From Nitrospirota bacterium (lineage in GTDB: Bacteria > Nitrospirota > Thermodesulfovibrionia > Thermodesulfovibrionales > Dissulfurispiraceae), in NCBI GenBank assembly GCA_963710375.1, contig CAVPZX010000008.1:192001-256000 (forward strand): DNA of 64,000 nt, written 5' to 3'. Positions 29,907 through 40,406 of this stretch are shown piece by piece. Within the stretch, counting starts at the first letter, position 1. Each line of letters opens with the position of its first letter. Under the pieces are notes generated by a model. That model had not been told where the DNA came from, did not search any database, and worked only from the letters and a program-made list of their open reading frames with translations. The position numbers and the translations under genes were made by a program.

Positions 29907-32709
29907 ACCTGCTTTTTTCAGTACACTTGTCCACAAGGTAAACGATCGACTGATAGTCTATGCTGCTGTGACGGGTCAGCCCGATCTCGCAGGTGCGGCT
30001 ATTAGAATATCCCGCAGAGCAATCAGCCGGGATCGATCCTCTCAGTTCAGCAAGGGCAGACGCGTTAAGCTCGGGATGAGAAAAGCCCCTGTCTCCTGCG
30101 AAGCCGCAGCATCCGACAGCGGGAGGAGTAATGACCTTCTCTGCGCATGCCTCGGCAACAGCCCTGAATTTCCCCGCAAGTCCCATCTTCACCGAACTGC
30201 AGGTAACATGAACCGCTACAGTGTCCGGCGCTTTCCTGAACGTCAGCCGGTCCATGAGAAATGTGTGGATGAATTCCACCGGCTCGTAAAGCTTCAGCCC
30301 CGAACTAAAGGCATTCCTCATGCGGTACAAACATGGACTGGTGTCGCATAGCACTGGATATTCGTCCCCGCCGCAGGCCAGAAGCGCTTTTTCGAGTTCA
30401 GCAGACATCCGGTCTGCCTGCTCGAAAAAGCCTTTGCTTTCGAATGGCAGACCGCAGCATAACTTTTCGATCCCTTCAGGGAACAACACGTCGTACCCTG
30501 CCTTTCTCAGGATGGATAGCATAGCCTCGAATACCTTTCTTTGGTCTTTATCATATTTGGAAGGACCCATGGTCCTCACTATGCAGCTCGGGAAATAGAC
30601 AACGGCACGGTCCGAGCCGTTCCTGATATCCCGGAACCGAGGAGCGGAAATCCCCTTCGGCATGTGACGGTTCCAGCGGGAGCTGCTGATTCTCTCCATG
30701 AGTGAAGAACCGAGTACCGAGTGCAAGACCCCTGCAGCCTTTAAACCATATCTGATGCCGGTCAACGCCAGGGGATAGTGGTCAGCGACCCACCGGGCCG
30801 CACGGATGCCGGGCAGACCATGTTTAAGAGAGCGAAGATATTTAGTCAGCCGCCCGGTATCGATTGCTATGGGGCAGGCCGTTGCGCATAAGCCGTCAGT
30901 AGCGCATGTCTGCTCCCCCAGGTAATTGTAGCTGTTTTCGAGAACTCGAAGCAGTCCGCCATTGTTGCCGGCTGCCCTGAGCCGGGAAATCTCCCTTTGC
31001 ACCGCGATGCGCTGTCTCGGCGTCGTGGTAATGTCCTTCGAAGGACACTTGACCTCGCAGTATCCGCATTCTATGCACCTGTCCACGATCTCATGGGTTT
31101 TCGGAAGAGGTTTCAGGTTTTCTATGTGAACAGCCGGATTATCATTTATCATCACACCAGGATTCAGGATGTTGTCTGGATCGAAGGCTTTTTTTGTCCT
31201 TTTCATCAAATCATATGCCTTCCTGCCCCACTCCAGTTCGACAAAAGGCGCCATGTTCCTTCCGGTCCCATGCTCGCCCTTTAAAGAACCGTTATATTTT
31301 TTCACTACTACATTACAAACATCATCCATGAAACTTCGGTACCTTTTCACTTCTTCGGGTAAGTTAAAATCCTGTGTAAACACAAAATGCAGATTTCCAT
31401 CGAGGGCGTGGCCGAAGATGATCCCCTCGCTATAGCCGTGTTTTTTCATCAGCGCCTGTAACTCAACTGTAGCACTCGCAAGCTTTTCGATAGGGAAGGC
31501 AACATCCTCGATTATGACCGTAGTGCCGATTTTCCTGGCAGCGCCCACTGCCGGGAAAAGTCCTCTCCTGACGTCCCAGAGCGTTTCATATTCCTCCTTC
31601 AAATCGGTGAATGAAACCGGCAGGACTGTATGGATGGCCCGCAGGGAATCCATGATCTCGTCTATCTGTCTTCTCAGGGTATCCTGGTCACCTGCCCGTG
31701 TCTCTATGAGCAGGGCAGCGGCCTCCTGGTCGAGCGACTTCAGATATGAAGGCATTCCTTCCCTTTCTTCCACGGAACGTAGAGACTCCCTGTCCATCAA
31801 TTCCACCGCGGAGGAAGGTCCCCCTTTCAGCATGATCGTTGCCTTGCAGGCATTCTCTATGTCAGGGAAGATGATGAGCGAGCTGGCTTTATGCGTATGT
31901 TCGACGACTGTCGCATAAGTAATCTCGGAAATAAAGCCGAGCGTGCCTTCCGAACCGATCATTAAGTGCAGGATTATGTCTATTGGATCGGTGAAGTCCA
32001 CAAAAGAATTAAGGCTATAGCCGGTAGTATTCTTGATGCGGTACTTATCGATTATCCTTTGCCTGAGATCCTTGTCACCGTTTATTTCGTCTCTGATGCG
32101 TCCGATCTCATCCAGAATCTCTTTACGGGACTCCTGGAACCGCAGCCGCGATCCGGGGTCGCGGGTGTCCAGCACATAGCCGTCGCCGAATATAATCTTC
32201 ATTCCCTCGACGGTCTTATAACTGTTCTGGGCGGTGCCGCAGCACATGCCGCTGGCGTTGTTGGCAGCGATACCGCCGATCATGCAGCTGTTGATCGAAG
32301 CTGGATCCGGTCCTATCTTCCTCTTGTGAGGAATGAGATAAGCGTTAGCCTGAGCGCCGATCACTCCTGGTTCTAAGGTAATCCGCTCCCCGTTGTCGTG
32401 GATCGCAAACCTCTTCCAGCCGCCCGATATAACCAGCAGAACTGAGTCGGTTACCGCCTGTCCCGAAAGGCTGGTGCCCGCTGCCCTGAATGTGACCGGA
32501 ACCTTGAAAGAACGTGCGGCGTTCAGAATACGCGACATTTCCTCCGGCGCTTTTACCAGGATGACGATTTTCGGGACCAGCCTGTAGAAACTGGCATCCG
32601 TACCATACGCCAGTGACCGGAAGGCATCGCTGAAAAGCCTCGACCCTGGGATAAATCCGGCAACCTCCTGATAAAATGATCTGTAGTTCCCTGCAAGAAT
32701 GTCCGCCAT
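29905..32709 (-). CDS. dld: FAD- and Fe-S-containing D-lactate dehydrogenase (Dld-II type)
   Basis: YGTDASFY, FRAAGTSLSGQ, GSEGTL, GHALDGNLHF, GEHGTGRN, CIECGYCE, C-terminal CCG domains; next to lctP and lut genes. Confidence 0.88.
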   Translation of the reverse strand: MADILAGNYRSFYQEVAGFIPGSRLFSDAFRSLAYGTDASFYRLVPKIVILVKAPEEMSRILNAARSFKVPVTFRAAGTSLSGQAVTDSVLLVISGGWKRFAIHDNGERITLEPGVIGAQANAYLIPHKRKIGPDPASINSCMIGGIAANNASGMCCGTAQNSYKTVEGMKIIFGDGYVLDTRDPGSRLRFQESRKEILDEIGRIRDEINGDKDLRQRIIDKYRIKNTTGYSLNSFVDFTDPIDIILHLMIGSEGTLGFISEITYATVVEHTHKASSLIIFPDIENACKATIMLKGGPSSAVELMDRESLRSVEEREGMPSYLKSLDQEAAALLIETRAGDQDTLRRQIDEIMDSLRAIHTVLPVSFTDLKEEYETLWDVRRGLFPAVGAARKIGTTVIIEDVAFPIEKLASATVELQALMKKHGYSEGIIFGHALDGNLHFVFTQDFNLPEEVKRYRSFMDDVCNVVVKKYNGSLKGEHGTGRNMAPFVELEWGRKAYDLMKRTKKAFDPDNILNPGVMINDNPAVHIENLKPLPKTHEIVDRCIECGYCEVKCPSKDITTTPRQRIAVQREISRLRAAGNNGGLLRVLENSYNYLGEQTCATDGLCATACPIAIDTGRLTKYLRSLKHGLPGIRAARWVADHYPLALTGIRYGLKAAGVLHSVLGSSLMERISSSRWNRHMPKGISAPRFRDIRNGSDRAVVYFPSCIVRTMGPSKYDKDQRKVFEAMLSILRKAGYDVLFPEGIEKLCCGLPFESKGFFEQADRMSAELEKALLACGGDEYPVLCDTSPCLYRMRNAFSSGLKLYEPVEFIHTFLMDRLTFRKAPDTVAVHVTCSSVKMGLAGKFRAVAEACAEKVITPPAVGCCGFAGDRGFSHPELNASALAELRGSIPADCSAGYSNSRTCEIGLTRHSSIDYQSIVYLVDKCTEKSR

Positions 32710-32743
32710 GAACTAGAATACAACACCGGGCAAAAAAATGGAT

Positions 32744-32760
32744 ATCAGACTTTGTCCTAT
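32744..32760. promoter_or_regulatory. Candidate response-regulator site upstream of dld
   Basis: ATCAGACTTTGTCCTAT; shares TTTGTCCTAT with 29779-29795. Confidence 0.45.
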
Positions 32761-32761
32761 G

Positions 32762-32861
32762 AAAAAAAGCAGGTTAAGGCTAAGGTTGAGGTTAAGATAA
32801 AGTCTTAACTTTAAATTCTTGACCTAACCCTTAACCTTAACCTTAGCCTTAACCTGCTTTT
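32762..32861. repeat. (GGTTAA)n inverted hexamer element, copy 3
   Basis: aaaagcaggttaaggctaaggttgaggttaag ... cttaaccttaaccttagccttaacctgctttt; gataaagtcttaacttta segment shared with copy 2. Confidence 0.85.
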
Positions 32862-32862
32862 C

Positions 32863-33504
32863 TCAGTCAGTGAGACATACGAGGTTATGCTTTATGGCAT
32901 AATTGGTCAACTCGGCATTGCTCTTCATCTTCATCTTTTCGAGGATATGGACTCTGTGCGTGCTGACTGTTTTCACGCTCAGGAAGAGTTCAACAGCTAT
33001 TTCGCTCACCGTTTTCCCGCTGGCTATCATGCACAATACCTGGTATTCACGGTCGGAAAGTCTTTCATGAGCAGGTCGTTCCGGTTCAGGTTCGAGGTCG
33101 AAGAGAAGCGTTTCCGCGATCGAGGCGCTGATATACCTACCCCCCTTGGACACTTTTTTTATCGCCTCTATTAGCTCTTCAGACGCACTCTTTTTTGTGA
33201 TATAGCCGGCTGCTCCGGCCTTTATTGCACGAACCGCGTACTGCTCCTCAGGATACATGCTCAACACCAGCACACGCAGTTTCGGCTTACTGCTCTTCAG
33301 AAGTTTCAGGGTATCGAGGCCGTTCAATCCGGGCATCGCGATGTCGAGAAGGAGGAGGTCGTAATCATTTTTTGAAACCTTCTCCAGGACCTCGTGGCCG
33401 CCGCTCGCCTCGTCAGCAACAACCATCTCAGGATCATCCTCCAGTATCTGTCTGAGTCCTTCGCGGAAGATCGCATGGTCGTCTGCAATCAGTATTCTGA
33501 TCAT
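32863..33504 (-). CDS. NarL/LuxR-family response regulator
   Basis: REC (ADDH..LDI) plus LSDRE..LSVKTVSTHR HTH. Confidence 0.94.
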   Translation of the reverse strand: MIRILIADDHAIFREGLRQILEDDPEMVVADEASGGHEVLEKVSKNDYDLLLLDIAMPGLNGLDTLKLLKSSKPKLRVLVLSMYPEEQYAVRAIKAGAAGYITKKSASEELIEAIKKVSKGGRYISASIAETLLFDLEPEPERPAHERLSDREYQVLCMIASGKTVSEIAVELFLSVKTVSTHRVHILEKMKMKSNAELTNYAIKHNLVCLTD

Positions 33505-33513
33505 CAGTAATTT

Positions 33514-35781
33514 CTAAACCTCAACCTCAGCCTTTACCTGTCTTTTTAGCGGAATGCTCACCTTGACAGTTGTTCCTTTTCCCGGTATGCCCAGTATATC
33601 GATGTTACCGCCAAGGAACCGTGCGCGTTCCCTCATTCCCATGAGCCCGAAAGAAGAGCGGCTTAAAACCTTTTCAGCATCGATTCCCATTCCATTGTCC
33701 TCTGCTTCGAGAACCAGGGTATTATCCGTCTTTCCCAACTTTACATCAACACGGGTGGCCTTTGAGTGGCGGATCACATTTGTCAGCGTTTCCTGGACTA
33801 TGCGGAAAACAGCGGTAGAGATGCTCTGGTCTTCAACCGAAATGTCGTTGGATATGGCAGCAGAGCATTCGATCCCAGTATGCTCCCTGAATTCCTTCAT
33901 CTGCCATTCTATTGCAGCCGAGAGTCCCAGATAGTCCAGCACGCCAGGCCTTAATTCTGAGGATATCCTCTGGACAGCCGAGATCGTTGTATCAATGAGG
34001 CCCGACATGTTGTCCGTCTTTTCGATGAGCTGTTCCTGCCCGTTAGTCAGCCGTTTTTTCAGCCACGAGAGGTCGAGTTTCAGTCTTGAAAGGGTCTGGC
34101 CCAGTTCATCATGTATCTCCCGGGCGATATATCCCCTCTCTTCTTCCCTTGCCGACTGGATATGAGCGGAAAGGTTCCTCAACTCCTCGCGGGAACGCTT
34201 TACTTCGTCTTCCACCCTTTTACGTTCGGTAATGTCCCTTCCGATGGTCTTTGTCCTGAGCAGTTCCCCGTTTTCGTCAAGCTCAATGAACGCATTTAAT
34301 ACCACCGGAAAAGATGTTCCGTCCTTTCTCACAAATTCCCTCTCAAGGCCATACATAGCGGCATGGCCTTTCAGCTCGGCGAATTCCTTTTCGTATGTCT
34401 TCCGGGATTCCTCAGTAAGGAAATCGGCGATAGGTCTGCCGATAATTTCGTCCTTGCTGTAGCCTAACATTTTCGCTTCAGTATCGTTGCAATCGACGAT
34501 AATCCCGTCCCTGCCGATTGAGTGGTACATATCAGGAGCGTTGTCATATAGGTCGCGGTACTTTTCCTCAGACTCTCTAAGGGCCTCTTCATATCTCTTC
34601 CTAAGAGAGTTGTTGACCAGCAGCCCAACAATGATCAAGATAAGCATGGAGATAATGGCGGAACTCGTCAGAATGAACTTTTTGTACCTGGAATAAAATG
34701 TGTCAGGTCTGCCTATGACAACGGCCTCTGCCGGAAGATTCGACTCCCTGGCGTTGAAGCGCTTCAGTTCACGGTAATCGAACATATACAGGTTCGGGCT
34801 CTTCTTCATGATAGGAATGGCCGAGACCTTTTCCCCCCGCAGGATGCGAAGAGCCATTTGGGCTGCTGATTTGCCCTGCTGAGTACTGCTCGTGAGCATG
34901 CCCCCGGCAATACCGCCGCCAAGATAAAAATCCCAGAAACTGTAAATGGGGACTTTCGATGCCTTGTATATCAGATTGAGGCTCTCCTCGTAAGGGAAAA
35001 AGTTCCCTTTACTGTCCCTGTTCACTACTGTCAGGAGAATAATGCTGTGTGGAGGAATCTCCCGTACTTTCGACAGAAGCTCCCGAATGTCAAAGTCCTC
35101 TAGAAACGCGAATCTGACCCGGTCCCTGAAATAGGGAACGACCTCGAGCACCTGATTCTTCATTGCGATACCGGTTGTGGTCTTGTCTCCCGCCACAACG
35201 AACTGCGTGGTATCGGGATGCAGCTTCAGCGCTATCTCTATGGTACTTTTCACGTCGGTATCTTCCGCTACTCCCGTTACGCGATCGTACCCCTTGACCA
35301 TCGAGTCATTGTAGTCGTTGACTCCGCAGAAGACAATGGGAACTCCGGAAAACAGCCCGTGGTAATGCTTTCGGGCAAAATCAAAGGCATCGTTATCGGT
35401 GACAATCACCACATCGAAGTGAGTAGTCCGGTATTTTTCTTTGTAGGCGTCATAGAGTTTCTGAAAGTACCGTTCACCAAAGTATCTCTTAGTGTCCATA
35501 TATTCATAATAAAGTTCGATATCCCGGCGTTCTTTTTCGCCTTTGAGCACTGATTCGATACCCTTTACGATGCCATCGGTCCAGCTTAGCCCTTCGTGAT
35601 AGGAATTGAGCACAAGGACATTCTTTTTGCCTAATGTCCCGGCATAAGCAATTTGATTAAAAATTACGAGGAAAAGAAAGAAGAGAATTGCTAGTAGGTG
35701 AAAGATTGAAGCTGAGAAGATGGGAAGTTGCGAAGTTGAGCGAAACAGTCTTGGTAACTTCACAGCTTCACAAGTTCTCAA
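33514..35781 (-). CDS. Sensor histidine kinase (periplasmic-binding-protein-like sensor, PAS, HisKA_3, HATPase)
   Basis: VLVLNSYH..PIVFCGVN sensor; IAREIHDELGQ; RIVQETLTNV; FGLMGMRERA. Start position uncertain. Confidence 0.9.
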   Translation of the reverse strand: MRTCEAVKLPRLFRSTSQLPIFSASIFHLLAILFFLFLVIFNQIAYAGTLGKKNVLVLNSYHEGLSWTDGIVKGIESVLKGEKERRDIELYYEYMDTKRYFGERYFQKLYDAYKEKYRTTHFDVVIVTDNDAFDFARKHYHGLFSGVPIVFCGVNDYNDSMVKGYDRVTGVAEDTDVKSTIEIALKLHPDTTQFVVAGDKTTTGIAMKNQVLEVVPYFRDRVRFAFLEDFDIRELLSKVREIPPHSIILLTVVNRDSKGNFFPYEESLNLIYKASKVPIYSFWDFYLGGGIAGGMLTSSTQQGKSAAQMALRILRGEKVSAIPIMKKSPNLYMFDYRELKRFNARESNLPAEAVVIGRPDTFYSRYKKFILTSSAIISMLILIIVGLLVNNSLRKRYEEALRESEEKYRDLYDNAPDMYHSIGRDGIIVDCNDTEAKMLGYSKDEIIGRPIADFLTEESRKTYEKEFAELKGHAAMYGLEREFVRKDGTSFPVVLNAFIELDENGELLRTKTIGRDITERKRVEDEVKRSREELRNLSAHIQSAREEERGYIAREIHDELGQTLSRLKLDLSWLKKRLTNGQEQLIEKTDNMSGLIDTTISAVQRISSELRPGVLDYLGLSAAIEWQMKEFREHTGIECSAAISNDISVEDQSISTAVFRIVQETLTNVIRHSKATRVDVKLGKTDNTLVLEAEDNGMGIDAEKVLSRSSFGLMGMRERARFLGGNIDILGIPGKGTTVKVSIPLKRQVKAEVEV

Positions 35782-35793
35782 CTTCTCATCTTC
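35708..35793. repeat. Inverted octamer microsatellite overlapping the kinase 5' end
   Basis: gaagctga-gaagatgg-gaagttgc-gaagttga ... cttcacag-cttcacaa-gttctcaa-cttctcat-cttc. Confidence 0.6.
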
Positions 35794-35831
35794 GGGGATT
35801 TCGCCTATAGCCCAGTGCCCATAGCCTGCTG

Positions 35832-37496
35832 TTATTCGTCACTCATGATCGCACCGCTGCCGGCGGAGCTCACTAGTTTTGCGTATCGTGCAAGATACCC
35901 ATGCCGTATCTTTGGTTCAGGCTTTTTCCATACGCTGAGCCTTTCCTTAATCTCTTTGTCCGATATGAGAACTTCTATTTTTCTTTTTGGGATATCTATT
36001 TTCAACCTGTCGCCATTTTTTAAAATAGCTATAGGACCCCCTTCCATCGCTTCCGGTGAAACATGGCCTATGCAAGGGCCCCGGGTACCGCCGGAGAATC
36101 TGCCGTCGGTAACCAGGGCCACCGATTCGCTTAAACCCATTCCAGCGATGGCTGATGTAGGAGAAAGCATTTCCCTCATTCCCGGTCCCCCTTTAGGCCC
36201 CTCATATCTTATGACCACTACATCGCCTGCCTTTATCCTGCCATTCATAATTGCCTTCATTGCAGCCTCTTCAGAGTCAAAGACGCGGGCCGTGCCTTCA
36301 AATTTCATTGTATTTTTACTTACTGCAGTCTGTTTTACGACAGCCCCTTCAGGCGCCAGGTTGCCCTTCAGGATTGCTATTCCGCCCTCTTTGTGGTAGG
36401 CCCTGTCCAAAGACCTGATGACTTCCTCATCCATTACAACTGCATCCCTTGCAATTTCGGTAATATTAACTCCGGAAACAGTAAGAGAAGGGTTGATCAT
36501 CCCCTGCAGCCTGTTAAGCACAGCCGGAATGCCTCCAGCGTTGTCCAGATCTTCCATATAGTGTGCACCACCGGGGATCATGTTGGCGATGTGAGGGGTC
36601 TTCCGGCTTAGAATATCGAAAATCTCAAGAGGCAGCTTGACTTTTGCTTCATGCGCAATAGCAGGAATATGAAGGACAGTATTAGTAGAACCTCCAAGGG
36701 AAAGGTCGACCATAATAGCATTCTCAAAGGCCCTCAAAGTCATTATTTTGCGCGGGGTTATGTTCTTTTTAACCAGATCGAGAACCCTCCTGCCGCTCTC
36801 GAAGGCTATCCTTCTTTTTTGAGCGAGCACGGCAGGGGAAGTTGCACAACCGGGCAAGCTCATGCCCAGCGACTCTGTAATGCACGACATTGTATTGGCC
36901 GTGTACATGCCCTGACAGGAGCCTGCTCCGGGACAGGCGCACATTTCCATGGCTTCCAGCTCATCGTCTTTTATCAATCCCTTTCTATATTTCCCGACTG
37001 CCTCAAAGGTATCGCTGGTAAGATTAAGCCTCCTGCCCTTATAATGTCCCGAGAGCATCGGGCCCGCAGTTACCACTATGCTCGGAATGTTCACCCTGGC
37101 CGCAGCCATCAGCATGCCGGGAGTAATTTTATCACAGTTGGTAAGAAGAACAAGACCGTCAAGTTGGTGCGCCTCTGCAATGGTTTCCACCATATCCGCA
37201 ATCAACTCACGTGATGCCAGGGAATAATGCATTCCTTTGTGACCCATGGCAATGCCGTCGCATATGCCGGGTATGCCGAACAGAAAAGGATAGCCGCCAC
37301 CGGTATGGATACCCTTCTCGATAAAGCGTTCAAGGTCTCTCATTCCTGTATGCCCTGGTATAATATCGGTAAAACTGGTTGCAATCCCTATAAACGGTTT
37401 TTCCATTTCGCTTTTAGGGATGCCAGTAGCGTAAAGGAGTGCCCGGTGAGGGACCCTTTCAAGACCTTTCTTTATAGTGTGGCTTCGCATTTTCAT
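35832..37496 (-). CDS. ilvD: Dihydroxy-acid dehydratase
   Basis: [45 protein letters not shown]. Confidence 0.97.
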   Translation of the reverse strand: MKMRSHTIKKGLERVPHRALLYATGIPKSEMEKPFIGIATSFTDIIPGHTGMRDLERFIEKGIHTGGGYPFLFGIPGICDGIAMGHKGMHYSLASRELIADMVETIAEAHQLDGLVLLTNCDKITPGMLMAAARVNIPSIVVTAGPMLSGHYKGRRLNLTSDTFEAVGKYRKGLIKDDELEAMEMCACPGAGSCQGMYTANTMSCITESLGMSLPGCATSPAVLAQKRRIAFESGRRVLDLVKKNITPRKIMTLRAFENAIMVDLSLGGSTNTVLHIPAIAHEAKVKLPLEIFDILSRKTPHIANMIPGGAHYMEDLDNAGGIPAVLNRLQGMINPSLTVSGVNITEIARDAVVMDEEVIRSLDRAYHKEGGIAILKGNLAPEGAVVKQTAVSKNTMKFEGTARVFDSEEAAMKAIMNGRIKAGDVVVIRYEGPKGGPGMREMLSPTSAIAGMGLSESVALVTDGRFSGGTRGPCIGHVSPEAMEGGPIAILKNGDRLKIDIPKRKIEVLISDKEIKERLSVWKKPEPKIRHGYLARYAKLVSSAGSGAIMSDE

Positions 37497-37589
37497 AAAA
37501 AAATCGTTGTGCGTTCAGCGTACTGAGTTGTGGGTTAAGAAATCTATTATTTTCGTTGAACGTCCATTGTTGGACGCTGAACGCAGTGC

Positions 37590-37814
37590 TTAATTGATGC
37601 CGCTCTTATAGTTTTTTATCAGTTCAGCTATCTTGTCTTTCTTGGAAAGCTTCTCTTTCTTCATCCGATGCATCTCTATTTCCTCTTCAGGTGTAAAATA
37701 ATGCTTCTTGTTGAATTCCGAAAGCATGCTATCCAGCTCCCTATGCTCCTGGTAAACCCTTCTGAATTCCTCATTCTCCTTTTTTAAAGTTTCAATGATT
37801 TCCTCATCGCTCAT
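37590..37814 (-). CDS. DUF465/YdcH-family small coiled-coil protein
   Basis: EFRRVYQEHRELD..KKEKLSKKDKI pattern. Confidence 0.75.
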   Translation of the reverse strand: MSDEEIIETLKKENEEFRRVYQEHRELDSMLSEFNKKHYFTPEEEIEMHRMKKEKLSKKDKIAELIKNYKSGIN

Positions 37815-37891
37815 ATAGCATCCCTCCCTTCTAATGATTTGCATCTGCTAAATTTTACAATAAACGCACCAAAAAAATACATTCTCCGTCA

Positions 37892-38863
37892 CTAATGGAT
37901 GTGAAGGTCTAATGGGTTCTTTGGTGCGATCGGCACGATAAGGGGTTTATTCTGGCCTTGCTGGGTTGGAGCTGGAGTTACTGTGGCCGCTTTTCGGGAA
38001 GGCTCTGCCGGTGCCGGCTGCGCACTTTGGAGCGGCTGCGGCGCTTCTACAGGTTTTATTGCAGCGCTTTCAACCGGATTAGGTTTTGGGGGCTCCTGAA
38101 CTTTTTCCTGGAGCAGAATTATGCTGATCCTTCTGTTTCTTGAGTCAGTGGGATTATCCTTATAAAGCAGTTGAGTATCAGCATAGCCGGAGACCCGCGA
38201 TACCCTGTCGGAATCTATACCGTTGTCCTGCAGCAACCTTCGGGCAGCTGACGCCCTTTCAGTAGAAAGTTCCCAGTTGGTGAACTTTTGCTTGTGAAGG
38301 GGGGATGAGTCGGTATGGCCTTCAACAGCGACCTTGTTAGGCATGTCTTTAATATTGTCAGCAACAAATCTCAAAATTTCCATTGCCGATGGACTAGGCT
38401 CAGCACTGCCGGGACGGAACATCGGCTTTCCCTCTGTATCAACGAGCTGGATCCTGACGCCATCTTCCACTGTATCGACCATCAGGTGTTCTTTTAATCC
38501 CTTCAATTTTTCGTCTATCGCCTTTTTAAGCTTGTTTTTGAACTGTTCGGCAGACATCTCGCCAGGCCCTTGTGAAAACTCCTTATTGAGGGTCTTTACT
38601 TCCCCTGCAGGCTTTTCCAATATCTGTGAGGATTCTTTCATAAAAGATTTTCCAGATTGTTCAAAAATGGAAAAGTGTTTGAAATAGTCCGATATGGCGG
38701 CCCTCTTTTCAGGTGAAACCATCGCAAGCAGCCACATCAGCAGGAAAAAGGCCATCATTGCGGTAACAAAATCGGCATAGGCGACCTTCCAACTGCCCCC
38801 ATGGGCGCCGTCATGTCCCCTCTTAACCTTTTTAACTATTATTGTCTTGGATTTGTCTGCCAT
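37892..38863 (-). CDS. motB: Flagellar stator protein MotB with Pro-rich C-terminal tail
   Basis: HGGSWKVAYADFVTAMMAFF, EGHTD, NWELSTERA, NRRI. Confidence 0.94.
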   Translation of the reverse strand: MADKSKTIIVKKVKRGHDGAHGGSWKVAYADFVTAMMAFFLLMWLLAMVSPEKRAAISDYFKHFSIFEQSGKSFMKESSQILEKPAGEVKTLNKEFSQGPGEMSAEQFKNKLKKAIDEKLKGLKEHLMVDTVEDGVRIQLVDTEGKPMFRPGSAEPSPSAMEILRFVADNIKDMPNKVAVEGHTDSSPLHKQKFTNWELSTERASAARRLLQDNGIDSDRVSRVSGYADTQLLYKDNPTDSRNRRISIILLQEKVQEPPKPNPVESAAIKPVEAPQPLQSAQPAPAEPSRKAATVTPAPTQQGQNKPLIVPIAPKNPLDLHIH

Positions 38864-38871
38864 AGTGAAAG

Positions 38872-38943
38872 CAGGTTAAGGCTAAGGCTAAGGTTAAGAC
38901 AAATGCCTAGTTTTTTCTCGACCTTAACCTCAACCTTAACCTG
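38872..38943. repeat. (GGTTAA)n inverted hexamer element, copy 4
   Basis: caggttaaggctaaggctaaggttaag ... ccttaacctcaaccttaacctg; fills the motA-motB gap. Confidence 0.85.
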
Positions 38944-38945
38944 TC

Positions 38946-39803
38946 TTATTTTTTCAGTTCTCTGATTTTTTCCTCTACTTCGATGAATGTAGGTTTCACA
39001 TTACCCGGGACTACCCTTCTGCCGAATTCCACCGCAATCTGCGGGGCCGCTCCTCCTACAAAGCCGACAAGGGCTACCTTCAAAACATTAAGATAATCTC
39101 TTCCTTCATTGGCCGCGAACTCAAGATTTCTTGACGCAGGCCCCACAAAGCCATAGCACAGCAACACGCCGAGAAACGTGCCGACCAGCGCAGCACCAAT
39201 GCTGTGTCCGAGGACTTCAGGGGGTTCGCTTATCTTCCCCATGGTTAGAACCACGCCGAGGACCGCAGCCACAATTCCGAGGCCTGGCAGTCCGTCTGCA
39301 ACCGTTCCAACACTTTTAGATGGAATCAAAGATTCTTCATGATGTGCTTCAAGCTCGGCATCGAGCAGCGATTCGAGCTCGTGAGGCGCGATACTCGTGG
39401 TCATTACCGTCCTCAGTGTATCGGTAACCAGCGCAACAGCCTCATGATTTTTCAGAAACTTAGGATACTTGCTGAAAATCTTGCTTTCAGCAGGGCTGTC
39501 CACGTCAGCCTCTATCGACACAAGTCCCTCTTTTCTTATTTTAGTGAAGATTTCACTTAAAAGCAAAAGCACCTCTATATAGTCCGCCTTGGAATATGCT
39601 TTACCGGATAGTATATTGAAAAGTCCGCTAACGACAGCTTTGATCACCTTTGAGGGAGAGGCGATAATAAAACCGCCTATCGCCCCGCCAAATATTATAA
39701 GCATCTCAACGGGCTGAAAGATTACACTGAGATTTCCTTTTTCGAGAAGATAACCTCCGATAACTGAAACAAGAACAATACCCGCTCCGATGATAGCAAA
39801 CAT
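38946..39803 (-). CDS. motA: Flagellar stator protein MotA (enterobacterial-like subfamily)
   Basis: DGLPGLGIVAAVLGVV, GAALVGTFLG, AVEFGRR. Confidence 0.95.
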   Translation of the reverse strand: MFAIIGAGIVLVSVIGGYLLEKGNLSVIFQPVEMLIIFGGAIGGFIIASPSKVIKAVVSGLFNILSGKAYSKADYIEVLLLLSEIFTKIRKEGLVSIEADVDSPAESKIFSKYPKFLKNHEAVALVTDTLRTVMTTSIAPHELESLLDAELEAHHEESLIPSKSVGTVADGLPGLGIVAAVLGVVLTMGKISEPPEVLGHSIGAALVGTFLGVLLCYGFVGPASRNLEFAANEGRDYLNVLKVALVGFVGGAAPQIAVEFGRRVVPGNVKPTFIEVEEKIRELKK

Positions 39804-39813
39804 AAATTAATCG

Positions 39814-40350
39814 TTATCTCCTCTGTTCCCGCAGGATCTCACGCTGCCTTTTAAAGACAAACTTAACAACTTCATCCGTGATTTCTTCATCCAGGGCAAC
39901 GAATTTAGTAGCAATCATGTAACCCTTCGGCGTCTCGTCAACCTTGACGACTTCGCAGTAAAGAAACAGTGCTACCGGCGGCATCATGGGCAAAATCACC
40001 TTCGCTTCTACAATATCACCCAAGCTATACCTTTCTTTCGAAAAAAAACCGAGCCCTCCGCCACTTATGTTGACATGGGTGAGAGGCAAAGTACCAAACC
40101 CTTCTTTCTGAGAACTGAGCTTGATGATAATGTCATCGAGCTTTGAGTTTAGCATCCTGATCCACTCGCCAAGTACCTTGTCCTGCAACTCCGGCAGTAC
40201 CCTGGTATCGACAAGAGGCATATCGCCCAATGTCCTGGATTTTATAGTGCCTCGTTCAGCTTTAGGCACAAGCCGCACCTCAAAGGGGATGTGAGCATCA
40301 ACCCTCGAAAACCCTCTCATTTTTGAATACTGTTCGTCTTCCGGTATCAT
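39814..40350 (-). CDS. PilZ-domain (c-di-GMP-binding) protein
   Basis: RGFSR (RxxxR) and NISGGG (NxSxxG) motifs. Confidence 0.85.
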   Translation of the reverse strand: MIPEDEQYSKMRGFSRVDAHIPFEVRLVPKAERGTIKSRTLGDMPLVDTRVLPELQDKVLGEWIRMLNSKLDDIIIKLSSQKEGFGTLPLTHVNISGGGLGFFSKERYSLGDIVEAKVILPMMPPVALFLYCEVVKVDETPKGYMIATKFVALDEEITDEVVKFVFKRQREILREQRR

Positions 40351-40406
40351 TATATCTGTCCTCTCTCAGTCCGCTTAAATTATTTCAACGCTTAGACCAT
40401 AAGCGA

